From Nitrosopumilus sp. (GTDB taxonomy: Archaea; Thermoproteota; Nitrososphaeria; Nitrososphaerales; Nitrosopumilaceae): 62,136 nt of DNA. Both the position numbers and the translations under genes were made by a program. Positions 20,889 to 31,384 of the stretch are shown piece by piece. Numbering within the stretch: position 1 is the stretch's first letter; each line of letters begins with the position of its first letter. The notes under the pieces are model-generated. The model saw only the letters and a program-made list of their open reading frames with translations, did no database searches and was not told the DNA's origin. The stretch spans positions 1 through 62,136 of the forward strand of contig DATHYS010000048.1 in the NCBI GenBank assembly GCA_035458995.1, in the 5' to 3' direction.

Positions 20889-21016
20889 TGTCAACTAACG
20901 TTTCGGAATCTTGCCTTGATTGTGGAACTTCATTAGAGTTGACTCTTACAGGTGAGAAGAAAAAACCATGTACTAAATGTGGAGCATATAGAAGAAAAAG
21001 AGAATATACAAATTAA
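20888..21016 (+). CDS. Putative 42-aa zinc-ribbon microprotein
   Basis: MSTNVSESCLDCGTSLELTLTGEKKKPCTKCGAYRRKREYTN (CxxCG...CxxCG). Confidence 0.6.
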   Translation: MSTNVSESCLDCGTSLELTLTGEKKKPCTKCGAYRRKREYTN

Positions 21017-21054
21017 TTCTTACAAAATATAGATTTTAGAACATACCTAACAAA

Positions 21055-22017
21055 TTATACTTCAAGAGAATCTAAAATTTTTGAAATATCTGTATTAGAA
21101 TGACCATTTTTGGAAATGTTTTGTTTTGCAGGAGAGTTTTCCAAATAGTTTGGAATCTTGTCTTTGATTCTCTGAGTATAAGTTGAGACAAGGGGGTTTT
21201 GGTAAAACACGCCAATTGGAATTTTGTTTCCCCACTCAAGAGATTTAATCAGAGCCTGAGATAATTTCTCATTAACTTCAACTTCAGAATTATAGTGAAC
21301 AACTGGTTCATATCCATGTTCTTCAAGTTTGTATATTCTTGAATGTCTTTTTTGTGCCTCATCAACTAAATCAGTTCCAGCATACCAGTCTCTAGTGTTA
21401 AGATCATTGTAAGTTGGACATGGCTGTAGGACATCTAAAAATGAAAGACCTTTGTGATTAACTGCCTGCATTATCAAATTTTTGAGATGCTTGATATCAT
21501 ACGAATATCCACGAGCTACAAATGTAAAACCGCTTGCAACTGCCAATCCAATAGGATTGACATTTGAATTTGTGTTTGGAGATGGCAGTGATTTTGTTTT
21601 TTCTCCTAGTTTCAAAGTTGGAGAAGCTTGTCCTTTGGTTAAACCATAAACTCCATTATCAAAAATAATGTAAGTCATATCCACATTTCTTCTTCCAGCA
21701 GCAACAAAATGTCCAGCACCAATTCCTAGACCATCACCGTCGCCCCCTACTGCAACAACAGTCATCTCAGGATTTGTAATCTTTGCACCTTGTGCAAATG
21801 TCAAAACTCTTCCATGCAATGTATGAACCCCATAGGTGTTGATATAATGAGAAGTTTTACCAGAGCAGCCAATCCCTGAAAACATTGCAGCTTTATCTCG
21901 TTCTATTCCCATCTCAGCTAATGCCATTTGGATAGCATTTACTATTCCAAAATCCCCACATCCAGGACACCAGTCATTATGGACATCTGTTTTGTAATCA
22001 GCCAGTTTAAGCGCCAT
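21055..22017 (-). CDS. 2-oxoacid:ferredoxin oxidoreductase beta subunit
   Basis: [32 protein letters not shown]. Confidence 0.95.
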   Translation of the reverse strand: MALKLADYKTDVHNDWCPGCGDFGIVNAIQMALAEMGIERDKAAMFSGIGCSGKTSHYINTYGVHTLHGRVLTFAQGAKITNPEMTVVAVGGDGDGLGIGAGHFVAAGRRNVDMTYIIFDNGVYGLTKGQASPTLKLGEKTKSLPSPNTNSNVNPIGLAVASGFTFVARGYSYDIKHLKNLIMQAVNHKGLSFLDVLQPCPTYNDLNTRDWYAGTDLVDEAQKRHSRIYKLEEHGYEPVVHYNSEVEVNEKLSQALIKSLEWGNKIPIGVFYQNPLVSTYTQRIKDKIPNYLENSPAKQNISKNGHSNTDISKILDSLEV

Positions 22018-23917
22018 GCATTAGAACCTCTCTTTTGTCTGCTTTATTTTCGATAATTTTCTTAAGTGAATCATAAACTTCAGTACTAGTCATGGCTCTG
22101 CCGGTGTATTTTAAGATAGAATAATCAACATCACGTCCTGTATTTTGTTTGAATAATTTCCCTAACTGTGCTGAATGATTTGCCTCAATGTCGATGATTG
22201 TCTTGGCATCTTTTAGCAAAAAGTTGACATAATCAGTTGGGAATGGATGCATCAATTTTAGTTGTATAAATCCTATAGAGATACCTTCTTCTTTGAGCAT
22301 TTGTAAGGCATCAAGGATTGGTCCTTTTGCAGATCCCCATGAAATTATAGTATATTCTTCAACCCCAAAGGATTTTGCTTGTTGCTCATCAGGTATCTCT
22401 TTTAGAATTAAATCTAAACGAGACATTCGCTTGTCCATCATTTTTACACGCAAGATAGGATCTTCTGTGATATGACCAGTTTCATCAGATTCATCACCAG
22501 TATTCCAAAATATTCCATTATCAATTCCCAATCTAGAACGAGGTGAAACACCATCATCAGTAAACTCAAATCTTCTATAATCATCATCTACTTTTTCCAA
22601 AAGTTTTCCTCGATTGATAGAAATTTTTTGTGGATCAAATCGCTTACATGTAATTACAGAACTTGCATGGAACTTGTCCATTAGATGAATTAGAGGAACT
22701 TGGAAAATTTCTGCATAATTAAAACAATCACCAGTATCATAGAAGCTCTCCTCAATGTCTCCTGATGCATATACAATCTTTGGGAAATCTCCATGTCCTG
22801 CAAATACTGAAAAAAGCAAGTCATCTTGGCCATGTCTGGTAGGAAGTCCAGTTGATGGTCCGCTTCGTTGATAGTTTGTTATGACAACAGGTACTTCGTT
22901 TATTCCTGCCCAACCCAGCATTTCAGTCATTAATGCAAATCCAGGGCCAGATGTACATGTTGATGAACGAGTTCCAGTTAATGCACCACCGATGGTCATT
23001 CCCATTGCACAAATTTCATCTTCAGTTTGAATAACTGCAGTAGAACCAGGCCTATCATCAATGATTTCTAGGATTTCATTTGTTTCCAAGAAGACTGATT
23101 CATCAGATGCAGGAGTAATTGGATAGTATGGTTGGAATCGGCATCCGCATGCCATTTTTCCTAAAGCTGTTCCTTGAAAACCTTGAACCAAAATAGTTCC
23201 AGGTTCTTTTTCAGTTCCAGTTAGAATATGATTGAAATTTTCAAATTTTGCAGTAGCAAAATTGTATGAATAGTTTGCAGTTTGTTGATTGATTTTTGCA
23301 ATTTCAGGCTTTTTGGAAAAAATTGATTCAATAGTTTTTTGTAAAGAGTCAGGAGGCATCTTTACCAATCCCAAAGATAGGGATACACCAATGACATTAT
23401 ACATTCTAACTAATCCACGTAAACGAGGATTTTCTGTTTCTTCAGATAGAGTTTCCAAGATTGCCTTAAAAGATACTGGAAATAGTTTGACACCATTTTC
23501 TTTTGCAATTTCTAGAACACCTGCAATAGTAAATGGTTTATTTTTTGATTCTAATTCTTTGTGCAATCTTTCCTTGAAAGGTGCATCAAGTGTATGTACA
23601 GAATCAGTTTTTGCTCCCTCTAAATCAGAATCATAAATTATTCCCCCACCTGAAATTACTTCCTCATAATGACGAAAGATTGTTTCAGCATCAAAAGATG
23701 CCATTAGATTTACGTCATTAACATTTGAATTAATTTTTTTATCAGCTACTCGTACTGTAAAATAACTATGTTCACCTTTGATGTTAGAATAAAATTCCCT
23801 CTTTCCAAAAATTTGGTAGCCCATTTCAGCACAAACCTTTGAGAAGATATTGGCTGCAGACTCGACTCCACTCCCTTGAGGACCTCCAATTAGCCAAGTA
23901 AAATCAACAGAACTCAC
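22007..23917 (-). CDS. 2-oxoacid:ferredoxin oxidoreductase alpha subunit
   Basis: [31 protein letters not shown]. Confidence 0.95.
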   Translation of the reverse strand: MSSVDFTWLIGGPQGSGVESAANIFSKVCAEMGYQIFGKREFYSNIKGEHSYFTVRVADKKINSNVNDVNLMASFDAETIFRHYEEVISGGGIIYDSDLEGAKTDSVHTLDAPFKERLHKELESKNKPFTIAGVLEIAKENGVKLFPVSFKAILETLSEETENPRLRGLVRMYNVIGVSLSLGLVKMPPDSLQKTIESIFSKKPEIAKINQQTANYSYNFATAKFENFNHILTGTEKEPGTILVQGFQGTALGKMACGCRFQPYYPITPASDESVFLETNEILEIIDDRPGSTAVIQTEDEICAMGMTIGGALTGTRSSTCTSGPGFALMTEMLGWAGINEVPVVITNYQRSGPSTGLPTRHGQDDLLFSVFAGHGDFPKIVYASGDIEESFYDTGDCFNYAEIFQVPLIHLMDKFHASSVITCKRFDPQKISINRGKLLEKVDDDYRRFEFTDDGVSPRSRLGIDNGIFWNTGDESDETGHITEDPILRVKMMDKRMSRLDLILKEIPDEQQAKSFGVEEYTIISWGSAKGPILDALQMLKEEGISIGFIQLKLMHPFPTDYVNFLLKDAKTIIDIEANHSAQLGKLFKQNTGRDVDYSILKYTGRAMTSTEVYDSLKKIIENKADKREVLMHGA

Positions 23918-23966
23918 TGGTTTTCACTAATTTCCTGAATTTTAATAGTATGGTAGTTCATTTCTT

Positions 23967-24113
23967 CTAACCTCCAGTAGCTGCATCAAACAATGCACAC
24001 TCACATTTATCACGTTCACCACAATAAGGACATACACATACACATTTTTCAATGGAATTTCCACATTCTACACAAATAGCAAATTCTTCCTCTTCTTCAA
24101 CTTTAGAAGACAT
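23967..24113 (-). CDS. Small Cys-rich protein (48 aa)
   Basis: MSSKVEEEEEFAICVECGNSIEKCVCVCPYCGERDKCECALFDAATGG from ATG 24113. Confidence 0.65.
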   Translation of the reverse strand: MSSKVEEEEEFAICVECGNSIEKCVCVCPYCGERDKCECALFDAATGG

Positions 24114-24166
24114 TAAAGAAATTACAAGGAAATCGTATAAATGGTTTGAGATGAATCTCAAGACTA

Positions 24167-25135
24167 ATGAAAGAAAAAGTGTACCTTACTAGAACTTTAC
24201 ATGACTTTGCACTAAAAGAATTGAAAAAAAGATACGAAATTGAAATTCATTCTGGAAAAATTCCAATACCCAAAACTAAACTGCGATCAAAAATAAAAGA
24301 AGCAGATGGACTGATTTGTTTTCCATATGACAAAATTGACAAAGATATGATAGATACTGCTGAAAATCTTAAAGTGATTAGTACCTATAGTGTTGGCTTT
24401 GATCACATAGATACAGAGTATGCTAAGAAAAAGAAAATTCGTGTTGGATATACTCCCGAAGTGTTAACTGATGCAACAGCAGATCTTGCATTTTCACTTT
24501 TACTTGACATTTCAAGAAGATTGTCTGAAGGAGATAGAATAATTCGGGATGGAAGATGGAAGGAAATCTATGGAGCATATGATTATGTTGGAGTCGATTT
24601 GCAGGGCAAGACAATTGGAATTTTAGGTTTAGGAAGGATTGGAAGTACACTTGCAAAAAGGGCAAAGGCATTTGACATGAAAATAATATATCACAACAGA
24701 AAACGTATTTCAAAAACTAGGGAAAAATCACTAAATGCAAAATATGTTTCATTTGAAAAATTGATTTCACAAAGTGATTTTATTTCTATTCATGTTCCTC
24801 ACACAAAAGAAACAAACCAACTATTTGATATGAAAATCTTCAAAAAAATGAAGAGAACTGCATTTTTAATCAACACATCAAGAGGAAAAGTGATCAAGGA
24901 GAAAGATCTTGTGACTGCCCTGAAAAAGAAGATCATTTCAGGTGCAGGATTAGATGTGTTTGAGGTAGAGCCAATAAAGAAAAAACATCCATTTGTCAAA
25001 TTGCCAAACATTGTACTTGCCCCTCATATAGGAAGCTCAACAAAAGAGACAAGAAGTAAAATGGCAGAATTAACTGTAAAAAATTTGGATCTTGGAATGA
25101 AAGGCAAAAAGCCGATTTATTCTGTCGGGTATTGA
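24167..25135 (+). CDS. D-isomer 2-hydroxyacid dehydrogenase (glyoxylate reductase-like)
   Basis: GILGLGRIG, INTSRG, LDVFEVEP, PHIGS. Confidence 0.92.
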   Translation: MKEKVYLTRTLHDFALKELKKRYEIEIHSGKIPIPKTKLRSKIKEADGLICFPYDKIDKDMIDTAENLKVISTYSVGFDHIDTEYAKKKKIRVGYTPEVLTDATADLAFSLLLDISRRLSEGDRIIRDGRWKEIYGAYDYVGVDLQGKTIGILGLGRIGSTLAKRAKAFDMKIIYHNRKRISKTREKSLNAKYVSFEKLISQSDFISIHVPHTKETNQLFDMKIFKKMKRTAFLINTSRGKVIKEKDLVTALKKKIISGAGLDVFEVEPIKKKHPFVKLPNIVLAPHIGSSTKETRSKMAELTVKNLDLGMKGKKPIYSVGY

Positions 25136-25204
25136 CTTTCACGCTTGGGTTGCCATCTCACAAAATGTGCAGTTTTTATATCTAAATCGTGAGATAGAAG
25201 CAGA

Positions 25205-25294
25205 ATGAAAAAATTCAAACACACAAATGAAGAATTAGAGTTAGCTAAACAACAATCTGAGAAAGAGAAGAAAGATAAAGAATCTGAAAAATAA
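25205..25294 (+). CDS. Putative 29-aa charged microprotein
   Basis: MKKFKHTNEELELAKQQSEKEKKDKESEK; AT-rich TATA-like element upstream, T-tract downstream. Confidence 0.35.
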   Translation: MKKFKHTNEELELAKQQSEKEKKDKESEK

Positions 25295-25330
25295 GATTTT
25301 TTCACTTGTCTTTTTCAGGCAAGTTTTTTT

Positions 25331-25702
25331 TTAAAATTTAATTTTTGAAGTAAATTTTTGTCTTACTTGATCATAGATTTTTTTTCTTTCAGGAATTAGT
25401 TGTTTTGAATCATCATACATTTTTGTAAAAAATGCTGCAATAATTCGTTCATCTTTTTCATTAAAAAAATGAACACTAAAACTTGTACGTTCAGGTTTCT
25501 CCTCCTCAATAAATTCTGCAGATTTTATCAATTCTGAATTAACATGAAGGTGTGCAGGACCATCATTATCACCAATTGTAATCCATTTTTCCTTTTGTTT
25601 GATACTAAGAGGGCTTCTAACCTCGCTTACAGCACCACTATTTTTTACGATGAGTAAAATATCATCAATTTTGACTAAATCAGACAGTAATTCTAAAAGC
25701 AT
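25331..25702 (-). CDS. ChuX/HutX/HemS-like heme-binding family protein
   Basis: IVKNSGAVSE...HLHVN...SVHFFNEKDERI pattern. Confidence 0.65.
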   Translation of the reverse strand: MLLELLSDLVKIDDILLIVKNSGAVSEVRSPLSIKQKEKWITIGDNDGPAHLHVNSELIKSAEFIEEEKPERTSFSVHFFNEKDERIIAAFFTKMYDDSKQLIPERKKIYDQVRQKFTSKIKF

Positions 25703-25728
25703 TATGATGTATTGAAATTGAAATTATT

Positions 25729-26010
25729 TCAGTTTTTTGAACGATTCATATCAATCTGAATAAAATCATCAGAATCCCCATGAACACAATCAGTTCCCAC
25801 TGCCTTTACAGATGAAAAACTAACTTTTCCCTCATGAATTTTTCCTTCTTTTTGCATATAACCAATTTTTCCAGTGACAACTTGTTTGTGTCGCCCACAA
25901 GTAACACCTACCATGTATTCATCCTTGCCATCAACAATAGATACAATGAATTCAGGAGGATTAACGCATTGTTTACCTTCTTTTGAAACAGAGCACTTGT
26001 CAGGTAGCAT
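25729..26010 (-). CDS. Hypothetical protein (Cys/His motifs)
   Basis: 93-aa ORF with C...C...CxxH...C. Confidence 0.7.
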   Translation of the reverse strand: MLPDKCSVSKEGKQCVNPPEFIVSIVDGKDEYMVGVTCGRHKQVVTGKIGYMQKEGKIHEGKVSFSSVKAVGTDCVHGDSDDFIQIDMNRSKN

Positions 26011-26098
26011 GATTTCACTTGATGTTTTATTGGATATTAATCTTGATTGCTACGGATTCAATTTATTATCAAGACAATTCTATTAACATTGAAAGTAA

Positions 26099-27406
26099 TT
26101 GGCACATGATTTTGACATTGTAATTATTGGTGGAGGTATACTAGGAACTTCGTTATCTTATTTTCTCTCATCGCTGAACAAATCAAAGAAAATAGCCACC
26201 ATTGAACAAGCTCACAGCGTAGCATTTCATACAAGTGGAAGAAACACTGGAAAGGTCCATGCCCCTTACCTATACAATCCTGAAAAGAAAAAATTGTTTG
26301 CAAAATCAGCTTTTCATGGTTATGAGATGTGGCAAGAATATGCAAAATTGAAAGATTTACCGTTTAAAGAAGATGGAGTGATAGAAGTTGCAACGGATCA
26401 AAAGGGGATCAAGGTTTTAGAAAAATATCTCAAATGGGGAAAACAAAATGGTCTGGAGGAAAAGGACATCAAGTTATTGAATAAAGAAGAGATGGGGCAA
26501 ATAGAACCTGGAATAAAATGCGAAGCGGCACTAAATGTCTACAGAGATGCTTCAACAGATTATGCAGTTTTAACTAAATCAATAATGAAAGACAGTAAAG
26601 AAACAGGAACAAACTTTCTGTTAGATACCAAAGTAACTAAAATAAAAAAAGAAAAGGGCAAATGGAAAATTACGCTAAATAATGAGCATGAAATTTATGC
26701 AAAATTTCTAATCAATGCAGCAGGAGGGGAAGCAGTAGACATTGCGCACAGTATGGATGTTGCAAATAAATTCACAGATGTGCATTTTAGAGGAGAGTAT
26801 TGGAAGGCACCATCAGAGTACAACAATCTAACAAAATCAAGTGTATATTCAGTACCTGAATTTCCAGACTATCCATTTTTGGATCCTCATTGGATCATCA
26901 GAGTAGATGGAAGTTGCGAGATTGGACCAAATGCAGTACCAGTGTTTAGTCCGCATGGATATAATGCAGGTGAAAACATCAAAAAATTCATTCCAAAGAT
27001 GCTTGAAATGTTGGGTTCTGGTGCAAGAAAAGCAGTTTTTGATAAACAATTTCAAGAACTTGCCATGAATGAAATTCAATCATCAATGTCTAAAACCAAA
27101 ATGGTAAGTAGAGTAAAAAAATTCCTGCCAAAAATTGATGCAAAGAAAATTACTGAAAAAGGTACTGCAGGAATTAGATCATCAATCATTGATGATAAAG
27201 GAAAATTTGCACCAGACGTAATTCTATTAGAGAATGAAACGTCATTTCATGTTTTGAATTACAATTCTCCAGGAGCTACAGGAGCATTGCCATTTTCAGC
27301 ACACATTGTAAACCATCTAAGCAAGACAGGGTTATTCAAAAATGAAGAAGAAGATGCAGTTTGTGGACCATGGAAATTCTCAGAAATTATTGAAAAACTA
27401 GAGTAA
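26099..27406 (+). CDS. FAD-dependent oxidoreductase (LhgO/L-2-hydroxyglutarate oxidase-like)
   Basis: IIGGGILG, HTSGRNTGKVH, FRGEY, GPNA, AGIRS, SPGAT. Confidence 0.85.
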   Translation: MAHDFDIVIIGGGILGTSLSYFLSSLNKSKKIATIEQAHSVAFHTSGRNTGKVHAPYLYNPEKKKLFAKSAFHGYEMWQEYAKLKDLPFKEDGVIEVATDQKGIKVLEKYLKWGKQNGLEEKDIKLLNKEEMGQIEPGIKCEAALNVYRDASTDYAVLTKSIMKDSKETGTNFLLDTKVTKIKKEKGKWKITLNNEHEIYAKFLINAAGGEAVDIAHSMDVANKFTDVHFRGEYWKAPSEYNNLTKSSVYSVPEFPDYPFLDPHWIIRVDGSCEIGPNAVPVFSPHGYNAGENIKKFIPKMLEMLGSGARKAVFDKQFQELAMNEIQSSMSKTKMVSRVKKFLPKIDAKKITEKGTAGIRSSIIDDKGKFAPDVILLENETSFHVLNYNSPGATGALPFSAHIVNHLSKTGLFKNEEEDAVCGPWKFSEIIEKLE

Positions 27407-27425
27407 AAAAAATCCACAGAAGGAA

Positions 27426-28484
27426 TTACTTTATTTTGTATCTAAGTATAGCTAGAACGGAATTATCAATCTCTAATTTCTTTATTATTTTTGGATTTAC
27501 TGCAAATTCTATTTTAGATGAAGTGTTTTTTGCAACCTCTAGCATTTTCATTATTTTTTTGAATTGAGAATTTGTGTGGTAATTTGCAGAAACAATCAGT
27601 GTATCTACTGCCCCAATTTCTAGTGCCTTGTAAATAACATCATTTCTTTTAGCCGTCAATCCATCTTTGACTAGAGTCTCATATTTTTCAATTAATTCAG
27701 TGACGTATTTTCTTCTATGCTGGTATAGATGAGAGATTATTTTAGTATCAATATCTTTCATGGAAGTAGAAAACGACAAATTTTCTACAAATCTGCATTT
27801 TTTTACCAATTCGGAATTAAGCACATCATAAAATTCTGTTTTTGCCGGCCCAATTCCTCCCAATAATATCAGTGAAGAGTTTGAATCCATCTCTCTGACT
27901 TTGTTTGCTACCTTTTTGAAGAAAACATGAATTTTTGTTTGTCTTGCTCTAAGGAATCTCCCTTGACTCTGACCACCTTTTCTATGTCTGCCTTGTAAGT
28001 CAATTCTAATCTTAGCTTCTTGAATTATTTGATTACCGTGGAATTTTTGGATTCGTGCAGATTTTTGATCAAGGGTTACTAGCAAAACATCATAGTTTGT
28101 TTTCAAAATATCATTAAATGGTTTAGTGAATGGCTTTTTGCTTACCATGTAGACGTATGGGAGTTTTTTTGATGTCCCAATTACTTTGAGATTAACTTTA
28201 TCGTTTTTCATCCATCCAAAAATGCACAATGTTTTTGTGAATTTACCAACAGTGACAGGATTTTTCTTTAGTTCTATGATTTTATTTTCAATTTTTGATT
28301 CTATTCTCTCTAGTGTTTTGTTTCTCTTTGTTTCTTGTAGTAAAGAAATAGTTTCTTTCCCCTTGCCATATGGATAATAGACAGAGACACATTGGGAATC
28401 AATCTTTTTTACTTCATGAAGAAACTGATTAATTGATATCCATTCTAGAGGAGCAATTTCAGAAATTTCTAGATGGGATTTCAT
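27426..28484 (-). CDS. aRF1/eRF1-family release factor paralogue (GGQ present, no NIKS seen)
   Basis: HRKGGQSQGRFLRAR, GPAKTEF, GAVDTLIV, AILRY; start ATG 28484 because the upstream extension overlaps the tRNA. Confidence 0.8.
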   Translation of the reverse strand: MKSHLEISEIAPLEWISINQFLHEVKKIDSQCVSVYYPYGKGKETISLLQETKRNKTLERIESKIENKIIELKKNPVTVGKFTKTLCIFGWMKNDKVNLKVIGTSKKLPYVYMVSKKPFTKPFNDILKTNYDVLLVTLDQKSARIQKFHGNQIIQEAKIRIDLQGRHRKGGQSQGRFLRARQTKIHVFFKKVANKVREMDSNSSLILLGGIGPAKTEFYDVLNSELVKKCRFVENLSFSTSMKDIDTKIISHLYQHRRKYVTELIEKYETLVKDGLTAKRNDVIYKALEIGAVDTLIVSANYHTNSQFKKIMKMLEVAKNTSSKIEFAVNPKIIKKLEIDNSVLAILRYKIK

Positions 28485-28560
28485 ATTTTTTCTAAATGGA
28501 AACAGGTGATAAAGCATCCTGTTTTTTGATGCATATGAATAGAAATTCATAGAAATAAAA

Positions 28561-28662
28561 TGGCGCCGGGAGGGAGATTTGAACTCCCGTTCCCTTGCGA
28601 GAACGCGCTTTATGGTTAAACAATTTCCAGGCGCGCGCCCTACCAGGCTAGGCGACCCCGGC
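28561..28662 (-). tRNA. tRNA-Ser(GGA) with 15-nt intron at 37/38 (28610-28624) and encoded CCA
   Basis: Reverse complement GCCGGGGTCGCCTAGCCTGGTAGGGCGCGCGCCTGGAA[ATTGTTTAACCATAA]AGCGCG, long variable arm, GGGAGTTCAAATCTCCC, TCCCGGCGCCA. Confidence 0.93.
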
Positions 28663-28729
28663 ACAAGTCTTGCGACAAATGTGTTTGGTAAAATGTGATT
28701 ATATATTGTGTTATTTTGGATTTGAAAAA

Positions 28730-29176
28730 CTACTTCCAAATTGTTACAGTAGTTGATTTTTTAACAGTATTCTCCTGTGCATCAACTCCTTTTGCAGATA
28801 TTTTGTAAAGACCTTCTAATGCAGTGTCACCATCATTTTTGATTTGATCCCATGAGAATTCAATTTCATCTCCAGGTTCTAAATGAGATATCACTTGTGC
28901 AGATACTGGAGCATAGATTAGAATTCCAGACAACCCAGTAATTCTAAGACCATAAGAAGAATCAGAGAAAGTTAGTGGAACAGTGCCAGAGTTTACAATG
29001 CGGATTTTAATCTCCTCACCTATTTTGAAATCAGATTTTTCAGTGACAACTGAAACTGATGGGCCATCAACGAAAACTAGTTGGCTGGTATTTTTGACAT
29101 CAATTAGATAAACACCGAAACCAAGTCCTGCAATCACACCAATTCCAATAAAAATTACAAGGCTTTTTGCTAACAA
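28730..29176 (-). CDS. Membrane-anchored protein with Ig-like beta domain
   Basis: N-terminal TM, IVNSGTVPLTF...LEPGD...WDQ...GLYKI; start probably TTG 29176. Confidence 0.7.
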   Translation of the reverse strand: MLAKSLVIFIGIGVIAGLGFGVYLIDVKNTSQLVFVDGPSVSVVTEKSDFKIGEEIKIRIVNSGTVPLTFSDSSYGLRITGLSGILIYAPVSAQVISHLEPGDEIEFSWDQIKNDGDTALEGLYKISAKGVDAQENTVKKSTTVTIWK

Positions 29177-29202
29177 TTCTTTTAAAATAATTTCTTTATT
29201 TT

Positions 29203-30204
29203 TTAATCCTTTGGAGGAGTAGGTTTTGTTCTCCATTTTTTCGGATATGTGTTAGGAGCCATAATGATTCTCTTTGTTTCAAAGGCATATCCTTTGGTTG
29301 CATCTTTAATTTCTTCTTCAGACATTGTAGCTTCTGCCAATGCAACTGCTTCACCTTTTTGCGTGTAAACTCCAACAATATCTCCTTTCTTCAAATTTGG
29401 AGAAATTTTCAAAATTCCAGGAATTGCAAGTTGGGCACCATGACACATTGCATCTACTGCAGAATCACGAATTATTACTGATTTTATTTCACTTAATGCC
29501 AATTCAACTGGTTTTATCATTTTCATTAATTTACTGTCATCTTTTTTCTCCTCCCATAATGCAAATGCGTCTGCAAGTTCGTGCAGTGTGACTAGGCCGT
29601 CTTTTTCATGGAATTGATCAACTCTACTACGTCTTAGTTCAACCATGGTAGCGCCGGGTCCCAATATTTCTCCAATGTCATAGTAGAGTTTACGAATGTA
29701 AGTTCCTGCTTCACACAGAATTCGTGTCAAGAGAAGTCTTTCTTTTTGCTCAATTATTTCAAACTCGTAAATTGTTCTGGTTCTAGTTTGTCTTAGAACT
29801 GCTGAACGTTGAGGAGGTTTTTGGAAAATTTCTCCTTGAAACATTTCTATAATTTCTTGTAGTTTTTCTTTTGATGGTAAAGAATGAACTCTTCCCAATG
29901 CATGGTATTCTTTTGGACCATAAAGTAAAACACCTAAAGCTTTTGTTGCTTCACCCAAACCCAAAGGTAAAACTCCAGAGACCTGAGGATCTAGCGTTCC
30001 ACTATGACCAATTTTTGGAATTTTCAAAAGACGCTTGGTCCAAGCTACAGTTTCATGACTTGTAGGACCTGGAGGTTTATCCAAAAGAATGATTCCATAG
30101 TTTAGTAATTGCTCAATAGTTCTTTTATCATAATATGTCCCATATGCATCATCAGTAATGTCCTGATCAATTTCGATTAAATTTTCTAGTTGTTTTAGAG
30201 TCAT
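29203..30204 (-). CDS. cbf5: H/ACA pseudouridine synthase Cbf5
   Basis: DKPPGPTSHE, GHSGTLDP, GTYIRK, PUA domain. Confidence 0.96.
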   Translation of the reverse strand: MTLKQLENLIEIDQDITDDAYGTYYDKRTIEQLLNYGIILLDKPPGPTSHETVAWTKRLLKIPKIGHSGTLDPQVSGVLPLGLGEATKALGVLLYGPKEYHALGRVHSLPSKEKLQEIIEMFQGEIFQKPPQRSAVLRQTRTRTIYEFEIIEQKERLLLTRILCEAGTYIRKLYYDIGEILGPGATMVELRRSRVDQFHEKDGLVTLHELADAFALWEEKKDDSKLMKMIKPVELALSEIKSVIIRDSAVDAMCHGAQLAIPGILKISPNLKKGDIVGVYTQKGEAVALAEATMSEEEIKDATKGYAFETKRIIMAPNTYPKKWRTKPTPPKD

Positions 30205-30761
30205 AGTAGTTTTCTCACTGTTTCTTTTGCTACATCAATAACTTGTTGGGCTGTTAAATGATCTGTGTTTATAATTACATCAAAGACAGACTTGTCCTCA
30301 CCAAAATCAAAATCGTATAATTTTTTGTACAATGCTTTGTTCTTGTCAAATCTCTCTTTTGTAATTTCATATGCATCCTCAGAGCTCATATCATCTCTTG
30401 TTTGCATTCTTTTTGTGCTGCTCTCATGAGAGCCCTCCAACCAAATTCTAATCCCATCTTTGATTAGCCAAGGTAAAGTATAGCTAGTGATTACCATTCC
30501 TCCCTTATTGAAAAGACCAATTAATTTTTCATCTAGTTTCCTATCAAATTCTGAATTTTCTTCACGTTGATTAAGAAATTTCATTCCTTCTTCAGTATCC
30601 CACCAATCATCTCCTGCTGAATCAAATCCATGGTCATTTGCCATCTCCTTTAGAACATCACCACCACTAAGATATTGTAATTGGAATTCTTCTGCTAATC
30701 CTTTAGCAACAGTTGTTTTTCCTACTGCAGGAGGACCAGAAATGACAATTGATTTGGTCAA
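30201..30761 (-). CDS. cmk: Cytidylate kinase
   Basis: ISGPPAVGKTT P-loop; conserved context. Confidence 0.88.
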   Translation of the reverse strand: MTKSIVISGPPAVGKTTVAKGLAEEFQLQYLSGGDVLKEMANDHGFDSAGDDWWDTEEGMKFLNQREENSEFDRKLDEKLIGLFNKGGMVITSYTLPWLIKDGIRIWLEGSHESSTKRMQTRDDMSSEDAYEITKERFDKNKALYKKLYDFDFGEDKSVFDVIINTDHLTAQQVIDVAKETVRKLL

Positions 30762-31381
30762 CTAAGATCCATCGAGGTTTTTGTGAGTCTCATTATAATG
30801 CCACTAAATGCAATTGATGAGAGGAAATACCAAGCCCAAAGGTATAGTGCATTCTCTACAGTACACACATGTTCAGGATCAGCTGCTTGCTCTGCAGTAC
30901 ATGTCAATTGGAACATGTCTCCAGGGATTACATTTAGTGGAATTGGGGATATAGCAACAGTGTAAGCGAATAATTGTGGCAATACAAGATAGAATATCAA
31001 AATTAATGGAACAAAAGTAATCATCATTGGTCTCATGTTCATCTGCATCATCTCCATTGACATTTTGTTCATGTAAGATGATTTTTTTCCAAGCTCTGCA
31101 ACTTTAGCTTGGTCTTTTGCTCTCATTGCAGCCATTCTTTCTTTTTGCCAAGCTCTAGTCTCTTTCATAATTCGTTTTAATTTTACTGAGTCTACCATCT
31201 TCTTTCTTACACCAGCGTTGAAGATGTTTAGCAATACACCAAATCCAGTAACTGCAAACATTGAGAGAACCAATCCTTTGATGATTGGGTCATCACTACC
31301 CAAAGCCATTCTTTCTCCTCCAAAGATATCAAATTGTAGAGGGATTGATTCGATGAAAAGTAGAATAAAGTTAACGTCCAT
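30758..31381 (-). CDS. EMC3/TMCO1 (DUF106) membrane insertase family protein
   Basis: TM-coiled coil-MRPMMITFVP, WAWYFLSS; between adk and cmk. Confidence 0.88.
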   Translation of the reverse strand: MDVNFILLFIESIPLQFDIFGGERMALGSDDPIIKGLVLSMFAVTGFGVLLNIFNAGVRKKMVDSVKLKRIMKETRAWQKERMAAMRAKDQAKVAELGKKSSYMNKMSMEMMQMNMRPMMITFVPLILIFYLVLPQLFAYTVAISPIPLNVIPGDMFQLTCTAEQAADPEHVCTVENALYLWAWYFLSSIAFSGIIMRLTKTSMDLS

Positions 31382-31384
31382 TTT

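Noticed and set aside
28485-28739. N-terminal extension of the 437-aa ORF
   Set aside because: Overlaps the tRNA-Ser gene; the real start is more plausibly ATG 28484.
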